The notes beneath the pieces were generated by a model. That model had not been told where the DNA came from. It was given only the letters and a program-made list of their open reading frames with translations, and ran no database searches. A DNA stretch of 54,661 nucleotides, the filler included, from Asterionella formosa (taxonomy: Eukaryota): assembly GCA_002256025.1 (NCBI GenBank). It is 4 parts of 4 records of this genome, joined end to end, with 100 filler letters (N's around TTAATTAATTAA, not from the genome) between each part and the next. Parts side by side here need not be neighbours in the genome. Positions count along the whole stretch, not along the records: positions 1 to 13,594 come from NKIB01006566.1; positions 13,695 to 27,287 come from NKIB01006574.1; 2 more parts are not named here. One strand, given 5' to 3'. Each line of letters begins with the position of its first letter. The stretch's first letter is position 1. This document shows positions 12,721 to 24,080 of this stretch, piece by piece. The translations under genes were made by a program, and so were the position numbers.

Positions 12721-13307
12721 GATAGAAACGCTTTTTCCAAGAAGGATTCAGATTTCTGATTTATGCTAATGTGATGATAGGCACTATCACTTTGAAGGTA
12801 AGTTACAAAGTCTTGTACTGTTTGTTTACAATATTCTTTGACATATGCATTTACAAAACTCTTTCAAATCACATTGTCATTCAACAATCTGGTTAATGAA
12901 TTACCGTCGATAAAATGGTTCCTGTTCTGCTGTTAAGATGGTTGTTGTTTAGTCGCTTTAATTGTGAGGAAAAGGGGCGAGGATGTTGATGACAATGACC
13001 ACCAATTCTGATTTTCATCGCTGATGACATTTCGACCTCCATGTCCACCAGCTCCAATTCCGTAAACAAGACAGCCACCACTAGAGCGTGGCATGTTGAT
13101 GTTGTAGTCTATATTGTTTGTTGTTACTATTGATGGGTTACACTATCAAACTATAGAACAATGTTAAAAAAATTGTATAGAGACAATATCGAAGAATACA
13201 TGCCACCTCACTTGCTTCTAAAGGATTTTGAAATGACATACGTAGGTGCATTGAAGTGATAAATATATATTGAAATGAATGAAAATAGTAAAACAAACTA
13301 ATCACTA

Positions 13308-13592
13308 CTAGCTAGATTTAGAGCGTTTAGAAACAGACTTGAAGCCAATGTACTCTTCGTTTGTGTCCTTGTTCTTCAAAAGGGATCAAACACCCTTCAA
13401 ACAACAGTCAGGAATTTGCATCCGAACACCTTTTCCTAATGGACCGCAGAAAACTCTGATTAAAAACTTGTATAGAAGCTTGCGGGATCCTCTTGATGCC
13501 GTAATGTCTTCATCCTTCACTCTGCTGAGAATGAATTCACCTTCCAAGAACTTTTCCACCAACTCTTTTACTTCATCCCATCGGCACTGACA
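13308..13592 (-). pseudogene. P2X7 C-terminal 'ballast'/nanor-like domain ORF, 5'-truncated by gap, with one in-frame stop
   Basis: Own translation: CQCRWDEVKELVEKFLEGEFILSRVKDEDITASRGSRKLLYKFLIRVFCGPLGKGVRMQIPDCCLKGV*SLLKNKDTNEEYIGFKS. This fits the R..Y..F....G.LGKG.R..IP.C....IR...P.....Y.GF pattern. The TGA at 13386-13388 replaces the conserved Arg. Confidence 0.65.
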
Positions 13593-13618
13593 TTNNNNNN
13601 NNNNNNNNNNNNNNNNNN

Positions 13619-13630
13619 NNNNNNNNNNNN
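13619..13630. other. Scaffolding linker TTAATTAATTAA inside N run (also ~27332 and ~41018)
   Basis: An identical 12-mer with stops in all six frames is centred in N runs; this is an assembly artefact. Confidence 0.95.
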
Positions 13631-13697
13631 NNNNNNNNTTAATTAATTAANNNNNNNNNNNNNNNNNNNNNNNNNNNNNNNNNNNNNNNNNNNNTTT

Positions 13698-14387
13698 TGG
13701 GCCCAGATTGTCAATGCCATTACCGATACGATTCCTATTTTGTCTCAATGGGTTGATCTTAAACAAAGCCAGCTGGCGGCCAAGGGAGCAAGCGCTTTCA
13801 AAGCAGATATCAAGCGTCGCAAGATGTTTGTTGCCAAGGCTTGCCCGGCATCTGCAATCAAGACGGAAATTCCAACTTCCACTGTTGAAATGATAGATCT
13901 AAATGAGACGAGAACTGACTTTTTTGCCTTTTGCTATTCCCCTCCTTGTTACCCCATTATTGACCCAGAGGGCGAAAACCCCAATACTGGTGTGAATGAG
14001 AACAAAGTGGTATTGGGCATTGGCTTTGCTTTCTATGATTGCGAAACCATGTCCATTTACACCTTGGGAATTGTGAATTTTTTTGCTGGATTGTTCCTTG
14101 ATACTGGTGCCAAAACCAAATTCGCTATTGAGAAAGGACTCATTGTCAAAGGTACATCAACCAATGATGACATCATTTTTGACCCTGACGGTGTGGAATC
14201 CCCAGCCATCCTGTTTATTGCCAAGATTGACTTGTCCCCAGAAAATGAATACACATTGTTCAATTATGGTGTTTCCATGTCAGCGGAGATGGGAACTATT
14301 CAATTGAGTGAAACTGGTGGAAAACCCAAAAAGGGAAAGACATTGAAGACTGGTAGCATCTGTATTACTGCAACTTGCATCGCTTAG
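13698..14387 (+). CDS. Hypothetical protein, 5' end lost in gap
   Basis: Frame is open from the gap edge to a TAG ending at 14387 (~230 codons) with protein-like composition. No family recognised. Confidence 0.5.
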   Translation, partial: WAQIVNAITDTIPILSQWVDLKQSQLAAKGASAFKADIKRRKMFVAKACPASAIKTEIPTSTVEMIDLNETRTDFFAFCYSPPCYPIIDPEGENPNTGVNENKVVLGIGFAFYDCETMSIYTLGIVNFFAGLFLDTGAKTKFAIEKGLIVKGTSTNDDIIFDPDGVESPAILFIAKIDLSPENEYTLFNYGVSMSAEMGTIQLSETGGKPKKGKTLKTGSICITATCIA

Positions 14388-15074
14388 AATCACTAACTAT
14401 TCTGCACCTAGGAGTCAAGGTGGGGTGCACTTTCACAAAGTATTGTAAGTTAAATCTATAGTTAATGATTTATATATGTAAAAAATTGGTCAGTGTTTTT
14501 TTCATAACTGTGTTGCAGTTGTAAATTGTATTGCTATAGAAGTATGAGTATCAATGTCAAAAAAGTTCTGAACTGTTGACCAATGATGTTTGGTACTCCT
14601 ACCATTTTTAAGGAAACATAGAACTGTAGACAAGTGTCAAATGATGCTCAATTGTGGATTTTGCAACCTCAGAAGAGACAATAAGGAGCATTGACAACAT
14701 ATTTGGCTAGCTTGTTGTTGCTGCCAGGAACTGTTGAATTCCTGTCTTGTAGATTTGCCCTGCATAAAAGTACTATACCATGCATGTGAAATTGCATGCT
14801 CACCTTGCACCAATTAGATGATACCAAAACTTAAACAAAGCATGTCTTAATGTAATCTGTCCTAAAAATGAGCTGAGCTGCTTTAAACTAAAGTAAGTCA
14901 CTGCAAATTGTGGCAACTCTTTTCAACAAGAGGGAGTACCAGGAAGCATGACTAAGGAGCCAACTGTTGGATCCTTGTTGAATGTGTGGGGTTATGCCCC
15001 ATTTTGGTACCCTGACATGCAGCAAGCAAAACCATGTGAAGTTCAACAATTATATGTAAAAACTGTTGCAACAC

Positions 15075-18000
15075 TTATATCTCTTCCAATCCATCCGGAA
15101 AGATCATAGAACGCTCCAAAAGTCTGGTTACATCAATGTGCCTTAAGTTTCTAGTCAACATATCAACGTGATGAGCGGCCACCAAGGAGGCAAACTGAAC
15201 CGCTGATTCCAATGTCAAGGCTCGATTTGCCATGTACTGGTTTGTGGTGTCATCTATCTCAACAGACGGTTGTGCAGTACAAGTATCAAATGCCAACATG
15301 ACATTCTGTAGTTGCATTGAGACATCATTCTCTTCTGCTGTTTCATTTTCTTCAGTTGCCCTCCGACTGTACAAAAACTTGACTTCATCTGTCTCGTGTT
15401 CCCACATTTCATGACATCTGGAGAAGATTGCTTTTTTATCATCATTGCATTGCTTCTTTAGACTGACATAATTTTCACGCATGTACAATTGATATGGAGT
15501 TATAAACTTGATAGGTGATTTGGATGGAGAAGGAAGACGATCCATGTTACCACCCATATCCATGGATCTGTCCGACAGATCAGTCAATGAGCTAATATTG
15601 TTGTTGTTGACGTTGTTGTTACTGCTGCTGACAATTTTTGGAGTAGGTGTACTAGGCAGCGTTAGGCCGGTGTGTCGCAGCATGGCCGCAACCAAAAATC
15701 CAGCAGTAAAGGAGTCACCTGCCCCATTGGAGTTGATGACAGCATCACGAGGAAGTTCCACAGCATTGATTTTGGCAGTGCAATCAATCCAAGAATGTGG
15801 TAACATTTCACTCTTGGCAAAGCGTGATTCATCATTGCAATGTACGAAACTTCCTTTTTGTCCTCTGGTGACGACCACAATAGCAACACCACATTGTAGA
15901 AATAGATGGACTGCCTTTTTCATGATATTTTCATCCTCTTCAACATCAAAGCCCTCTAATTGACAACCTGTCAATAACTGTAATTCTTCGTCATTCATGT
16001 GCAGGATATCCACATGTTCTAGAGCAGCTCCAATCACTCGATCTTTTCGTAGATCGGAGGCAGTCCGAAGGACTCCTCCATCATATTGTGGCAAGTCGGG
16101 GACTCCATTCAAGTCCATGACAATGAGTCCTCCATCAACCATGATGCTTCTGGCTTCCACAAAAACTTGGGCCAAGGCTTCTCCTCGCAACAGAGGAAGC
16201 AAATGAGGATACCCAAACAAAAAGGCTCCATATGGTGGTGTGGCACCATCAACACGATCGTGATATAATTCCATCTCTTCATTGGACAGTTGTTGTTGAC
16301 TGTGGTCCAAACCTTTGGTGACATTTGCCAAGTTATGAATCATATCTTTCATGTCGTTAGCTGAAAATGTATCATTGGAGGCAGCATCAAAGAAACACCC
16401 TCGTCTACCATCTTTATAGATGGGCAAGACCGCCAATGCTGTTCGAGTTTTGCTGTCATAGTTGTTCCGTGCCATTCGAATGTATTTGGTGTTGACATTC
16501 CTGCAAGCACTACCACACTTTTCCATAAAGGACAGTAATTTATTTCCTGTATCATCGTTTCCAATTTTACATAGTGGAATCACAGAATGCACCACGGGAG
16601 GTGTGACTTGCATATAGAACCCATCCTCTAATGGGGCGCCATGGCACAGTCGTGCCAATGTTTGACATGCCATTGACACACTTCCTCCACCAATAGATGT
16701 TTCTCCTTGAAAGGTTTCAATTGATTCTCCGCCATTTCCACCAGTAGCTTGATGTAATTGCATATCAACACATGCCAACCCAGCACAAATGATTCGAGCA
16801 TCATGAGGAATGGCCCATTCAGTTGTTTTTTCTTCGAGTCGAATTCGAACTCGTTTCTTTGTTTTCGTAGTAGTACTATAATCACTCCCATTGGATTTTA
16901 TTGATGCGGCTTGGAGTTGTGTTTGCAGGTCATACATACCGTAAATTTTGGTTGACGAGGAGGATGATTTGACAAACAGATAGGAAAGTGCCTTTGCAAC
17001 ATTGTCGTGAGGCCATGATTTACTAGAAAAGAAATCACACAAAACAGCTGCATCCATCAATAATGGGACACGGAGCATGTTTTCTTCACGTATCGTGGGA
17101 GGGATGGTAATCACAGTATGTGGTTGATCCAAAAAGGCACGGGCAGTAATTGTATGAGTATTTGTTGATGATGAGGACATGTCCTCCACCAACATTCCTC
17201 GTTCCTTCATAGAATCTACAATGGCTTGATGTACAAATCCAGTAAAAAAGTCATTTCCTCCACCCACACAGTACACCCCCACTTGTTGATTCACAACATC
17301 CATAAAGCCTTGACACTTTAGTAAATAATCTGGTGCGTTGATAAAGGAACATCCTTCCAATATTGCTGCCAATGCATACAATAATGCTGATGGTAATCTT
17401 TCATGTTTTGCTGTATCAGTAGATTCTACAGCGTCCAACAAATCTTTGGCCGTTTGGTACTTGACTAATGTGATGGGACGAGTCTCGTCGCCATCATAAT
17501 AATATTCACCAACATGTCGATAATTCCAAACAACACTAGTATGTCCAACAACTCCATGCCTCCATTTAAAATATCGTATATCAGACCTTATCCATTGTAT
17601 CACTTCCGAGGCAGGTTCATCACCTTCTTCCTCTTCTTCTTTGTTGTTGCTGTACCCACGAAAGACTTTTAATTTATTCATTTCTTCTTTCAATTGACGT
17701 ACTAAATCATAGTCAAGTATCTGAGACTCCAACAAGGCATCTCCAAGTCTTGTTGTTGTCATGTCCTGTATAATAATAATTGTCATTAAAATCAGTCAAT
17801 ATAAATATTAGCCACATTTATTGAGGTTCATCAATATTCACAACAGAGGTAACAAAAGGAAATACGCCATTCCGACAAAACAACAAACAAACGCGTCGCA
17901 ATAAATCAATCCATACAGACTAAATAAAATACAAAGTATGTGAACAGTACGTACCCATCCACCAATAGCAGCCATGGTTGCCTTGGCAAAGCCCCCAAAT

Positions 18001-18461
18001 GGATCTGATTGTTCTAATGGTTGTTGTGTTTTACTCCCAAAAAAGGTGGAATTTGTTGCTGTTGATGATTTGCCTTGACCTTGTGGTCCATACCAATGTA
18101 ATTTCATCCGATGTGCCAATATACCAGCAATGGCAATCATACTTGAATATTCTCCCACACCAACAAGTAACATTCCAAAACTTCCACGTGTTTTCGGCGA
18201 ATGAGTTGGATCTTTTTCTAATAGTAATTGAGGAGTTGCTGGTTTTGTTGGAGGAGGAGTAGTCATGTTGTACCGTCGTTGATCCTGTTGTTCATGGATA
18301 CTGGAATTGGAATTGTTGTTGTTATTGTTCCAATGATGCCGATAGGAGGATGGACTAATCTTTGCAGTTGGAGTAGGAGGAGGTGGTGGACCAAAGTCCG
18401 TTGTATGGATCGTATTTGTAGAAGTTGTGCTGTCAAAGCTACTGACTCCAGCACTAGACAT
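15075..18461 (-). CDS. Fusion protein: degenerate myo-inositol-1-phosphate synthase + PfkB-family carbohydrate kinase + HMG-box; exons 18461-17955 and 17765-15075 (~1065 aa)
   Basis: A 189-nt phase-0 intron (GT at 17954, AG at 17766) restores the MIPS motif GGW|D. Other MIPS-like motifs: GMLLVGVG, LDYDLVRQL, IRSDIRYFK, PSALLYALAAILEGCSFIN, PLLMD, LSYL. PfkB motifs: AGLACVD, GGGS, KIGNDDTG, DLN, NDEE, VVTRGQKGS, NSNGAGDSFTAGFL. HMG-like segment: PIKFITPYQLYMRENYVSLKK...CHEMWEHETDEVKFLYSRRA. The start ATG is inferred. Confidence 0.88.
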
Positions 18462-21400
18462 GATTGCCTGAAGATAATTGTGTTTGGATGGATGACTATC
18501 GGTATCGTTGTATGAAACAATACAATAAATTACTAATGGAGGATGAAAAAAAAACGTCAATATGTTCTTGTGAAACGAAAGCAAATGTGGGGAATCGATG
18601 CCAACGATCAAAGCAGCTACCGTAGCTGATGCTGGAGGGGATTCCAACAACGATTAAATCTGATGATGATCATCCACACAGGCCTGTGTAGGTATGTAGG
18701 TATTTATGTATGTAGACACTACATAGTACCGTATATTCATTTCAGCATAAATTCATCAATGTATAGGCTAGGCAATGACATTGACATTTAAATGTACATA
18801 GATGAATACATAATGAAATAAAACAGCCGCCGAGCAGAACATATTGAAGCCAAGCAGACTCGTCATGAATTGATGATTCTGTTGCTAATTTATCGGTATT
18901 TACGGTAGACTGACGCTAGACTGCCGGTTGACATTTATACAATTGACAAATGTTTAAATGTCCATGTACAAAAAGTAACGGTGGTCGGTGTCAGTTACTA
19001 CAGGTAGTAACTACATACCGGGAAAGCACTTCGTACTGTGTAGCCATGTACCCGTACAGGAACACGATGAAAAATAGCTACAATGTACGTGACGGCATAC
19101 CGGTACTTCTGCCTTCTAAAGTTTATAAATGTGAAAGTTGGCAGAATAACAACGTGATAATTATTCTACACATGCAACATGTTGTGCTTCAACTACACTA
19201 CAGGTAGATGCGACTAAAAGGGCAATTAATTTTGGTGGTAAAAAGATTTCTAAATCCTTCGCATTGTTAAAAGCTAAATTAATTTCGTTTCATCCCTGCA
19301 ATCAAGAGAAAGGAAATGAGGGGGTCAATCGAAAATTATTTCTTTGTAGAAGTAGTTTCATCACGATGAAGCCAGACAAAACTACCAGTACTACTTATAT
19401 ATACAAAGGATTGTCACAATGATGAGCTTGATTCAAGCGACAATTACTCTACTGGTGCTAACTGGGATGTTTCGCTCCGCATTCCCACAGTGCTGGCTGT
19501 TGACCTCGAATTATGCTAACATCATGTCATGAGTGCAACCATTTTACAGAAATAAGTCGAAGAGTTGTCTGTATTTGAATGCAGCTTGTTGTGGAAACGA
19601 AAATCAAAGTGCCACAATGGAAATGTCGCCCACCAAAGCATCAAATGCTATCACAAGCGCCACAACAGCAACGAATGACATCTACAAAATCAAGGAGGAC
19701 AAGAGGAGCTTTTTTCAGGACACACAAGTGACAACAAGCGCCCACAACTAGCACGCAAGCATCGAAGCGACAATGATACGGGAAGATCTCACTGCCAAGA
19801 ACTAACACAAGGCATAATGAGTGCTGCAACAGCAATGACATCGAAAAAATCAAGAACAACAGTACCGGAAGATCTCATTGCTAAGAAGCAAGGCATAATG
19901 ATAATCACATCTATGAATTCATAATGAAATACATTGTTGGCATAACACCACTACTCCTTTACACTGTAGCTTCAATGGCGATTTGATTGTTTGATTGATT
20001 TTCGACTAGAAATAGTACAGCTTTACTGGCGAATATGACATACCATCACACCATGATACATGAAGAATATGTGACGAAGCTAGTAAATTTGGGTCCCATT
20101 ATACTGTCCCTATTTTGTATAGGAAATCTCATCCGTTTAATGTACATAGTCTCCAATGAATCCAAATAGACAGGGCTGTTGCCATTAAAGGTTGTTTTTA
20201 GATCCGTAGTGATCTAAAAAGTTACCGCCATCATGGTCATTTGAAAGTCACTAGCTTTGTCGTGTTCATTGATTTTTCGGGGTATCAAATCAATTTTGAC
20301 CAATGATTACTATGAACTAGTCCAAAAAATATCATAGGGTTTTATTAACAAACAACCTCATCAACATATTCGGGTAAAGTAGAAAACAAGTGTTAGCGTT
20401 AACAACAAATCCGGAAAACTGGAAAAATTTGACTACAGGCATTGTTGCATGTGTACTGTTGTATCTGCTATAATCCCGCTGTCCAATAACACTCGCATGG
20501 TGGATTACCAGAACACTCAGTGCCAAGCAGCTTTTTTATGACGGAATAAGTAGAATACATACCATCTTTTTACGTGAAGTTCATGTCAGCTTGCTCGAGA
20601 AATGCGGTTTTTATGAGTAACATACTAGACGTGAACATAAACTCTGTGCATCTTATTTTATAATTAGCATCTAAATATATTAATCAAAACCAATGTAACA
20701 TACATATATTCATTGGGTACATGCATATGCATACCAACTATGTTCATGTGTTGATTTTGCTAGCTACGTCTGTAAATGAAAAAACCGATAGGCCTAACAG
20801 TTTTGCTGTATGACCCACTGCCCCAAAAATTCTCAGCATGACGTATCATTTTTTGATTGATCATATAGAAATACTGATTGATCATAGTAGTACCAAAAAA
20901 ACTGATTGATTGATTAAAAAGAAAGCTACTTGTGGGGAGCAAGATGGCGAGGGGCATTGCGTTACACTCATCATATATATATATATATCAATTAGTTTCA
21001 AATCAATAGATCATACCATATGCTTATGATCAATACAGCACTCTCTAATAACCTAACGTACAAATTTGATTGATCATACAGACACTCCCATTGATATAAC
21101 AAAATTATCATAAACATGTCAAAAATAGTTGAATAATCAATCAGTTTTTTACGTTTGCAGAGTAAAACGTTAGATCTAATGGAAAATCTATTCACAGACG
21201 TAGTATGATTTTATCCATCATCCTAATCAATATTTTTATCGTTATCATCAAAATGAATGTTGACTCCTCTAGGGAGCTAATAATGAAAAGAATGAATAAG
21301 GTGGGAGGTAATACAGTTGCACTATTTACATTTCTCAATGTTAGGGTCAAAATCGAAGATGCTGTTAAGGTTGAAATTCTCGATGTAGATGATCAGTTAG

Positions 21401-24080
21401 ATAATCACAATTCTGCTGCTCTGTAGTAGATAAAATAGAATTCAATTTTAATTACTAACCAACTCGTCGAAACTATAAGTAGAATACATGAAGAACCATT
21501 AACAAAAAGTACTAGTATATATATATATTAAAAAGGGGCGAACTTCTTTGATACAAAGCAGTGCCAGCTGATATGGCGCGGGAGACGAAAACCCCCTTAC
21601 CAGCACACCATACAATTAAAACTGGTAATCCAGGAATGTGCGGGTCAACCAGTCTATTGCTCCTTCCCCGGCTAATAGCCTAGCAAAGTCGCCTTCTTAA
21701 TTATGTGAGGTATCTCAAAATTGTTGTTCTTGCTATTAACCAAAGTTATCTAATGTTAAGAAAGAACAATTTAGTCTCCTTGCAACAAACATATGGAATT
21801 CTGCCTGTACTGCCGCCCTCGATCAAACCATCAATGTCGTCATTCGATCATTCTTTCACGGAATGCAATTGACCTCCTGATAGATTGTTGATATTTAAAT
21901 CCAGACTTTTCCTGGTTGACACCATTCTTCATCTGTTGTTACCACTGCAAAATCCGAAAAAAATGTGTTGAAGCATTGTTGTGCTGTATGGCTGTATATT
22001 TGTTTGTTTCAATCGGGCCACTTTGCTTTGATCATAGTAGGAAAAAAATTATTAACAATCATGTCAGTATAAGACTAGTATTTTGTCAATTGTAGTAAGT
22101 TGAAACAAAGAACCACTTTTCATCTACTATACAATGGACCTGGTTGTACTAGAACAAGCCATCATATTATCCAAACAGTTCAGGATCAAAATCAATTTCA
22201 GGAGAAGGATGTCCTTGATCTGGATGGTTTAATTGTAAATGGCCAACACAGCAAAACATAGAACAACTAATCTTACCCTCCTCAAAAAGCATTGGCTTGA
22301 CTGCACTTGCATGCAGTCATATCACATTCTCTCTATTATCCTTCACAATCCAAAAAAACTGTAGACTTGGGAAGAAGGGCAAGTGGTATGTGAGAGAACA
22401 TTGACCAGTCAAGAATTTGTGGGAAAGCCATGCAAACACTTCACTATTACAATTAAAATAGGATTCAAGAAACACATAGTTCCAAATACATTGCACAGCA
22501 GCTGTTTTATCCACTTTGAACCGGCCTGCCAAATATTTAATGGTTAGATGCAATAAAATGAGCCAACCATCAATTTTTCCCCTCCATCAGGACCTCTTTG
22601 GAGGTTGCATAAACCATAATCCAAAATAAGTCATACTAGTATGCTTGTTGAGAAGGATTGGTCAGGCAACTGCATTTTACTCAAGATGTGCAAATGTGGA
22701 AATCGAAAAATCCTCCAGATTTTTTTTTTGAAACACACTTCTAGTATTTATAAAATGATAATCTGTTTCATAGTAGCTAGCCCATTCCTTTTCCCCTTTT
22801 TCAAGGCAAGAACTCATTGTGCTGCCTTCTGATAAGACCTGTGCTTTCTCAGTTTTGTTAGTACATATGAAAGGTGATTGTCTTAGTCTAGCCACAGCGT
22901 TAGCTACTAGGGGAAACTCGTCTGACTGCCTAGGAAAGTGACAGAAGCAGCATGAAGGGGGGCAAACACTTCTAAACAGTGTATAGTATATGTATATATA
23001 TTGATAGAATAGTGCAATTATACTGGAGAAAATAGTTCAAGTCGAAATGTCCCCAGTGAAATTTGAATTTTCAATGCCGCAAGTATTATTGTGCAGAGTC
23101 AGTAAATTCGGTATACAGTGAACCAGTATATGTAGTTTTTGGCGGATGATTGTTGATTACCGGTACCTGGTACTTTCCTGTCCCAGTGGTGGTATGCACG
23201 TCGTACCTGGAGTACCAGTATAGTCCTCCGTGACTTGCTACGGTATGACGGAGTAACCATGTAGCTTTCCAGGTAAAATGATTCTTTAGAATTGTCCACT
23301 CCGAATCTGCAAGCAACTCGCTAAATTTCTACTTAAATCAACAATCTTGTAAACAAGATATTGGTCGACTCGTATAACGCTTCTATATACGTACAAATTT
23401 TTCATAAATAGGAAATAATTTATTCATGCATATATATACATGTTCAAAAATGTCTACTTCTAAGTGAATATTTCAAAACTGATTGTATTAAAAATAAGTT
23501 AGTAGAATGATTTTAACAAATGTACCGTTAGTGGGAAGTGAGCGAGTGTACTGTATGTAGGGGCATATCCTGTATGTAAGTCGCTGGGCGTGTCGTTGGG
23601 CGATTCCCATAGCTCTCGTTCTTGGCCGTTTTGTGCGTTTCAACGACAAAATTCAAACAGCTGCCAACTCGTTTTGTGTCTTTCCCGTGGCTGCTGATCC
23701 TATATTATCGTGAAAGGGGAGTTACATACGGTGTGGTGCGTACAGTACGCATCATGATAATGTGCCGATACATGGTTAAAATTATATATATCCTAAAAAT
23801 CACTGCTGTGCGCGTACCATCTGAGGAGTAGTTCCTAAGCATATATATGTAGGTGGTAACCAGTAAAAATCACAAGATTTAATTGTACTCCGAGTATCAT
23901 ATCATTTGTGTACCAAAAAGTGTGGGTGTGGTGAATCCTTTTGTTGTACTACCGGTAGTCTACTATTTGTCGTTGAGAGAGGGGGAGAGAGAGAGCAGCA
24001 GCAACAACAACGACAACAACAACAACGACAACGACAACAAAAGGAGGAGAGATTCTCATCAATTACGACAACCAAAAGCA

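Noticed and set aside
13595..13694. TTAATTAATTAA palindrome within N runs (also ~27332, ~41018)
   Set aside because: Artificial six-frame-stop scaffolding linker, not biology.
21535..21715. GC-richer segment with weak terminal complementarity as a structured ncRNA or ribozyme
   Set aside because: Pairing is short and imperfect, and no tRNA, hammerhead or snoRNA core could be identified.
23883..24080. TTG-initiated N-terminal extension of the membrane protein
   Set aside because: Non-ATG start running through GA and AAC microsatellites; more likely 5' UTR.
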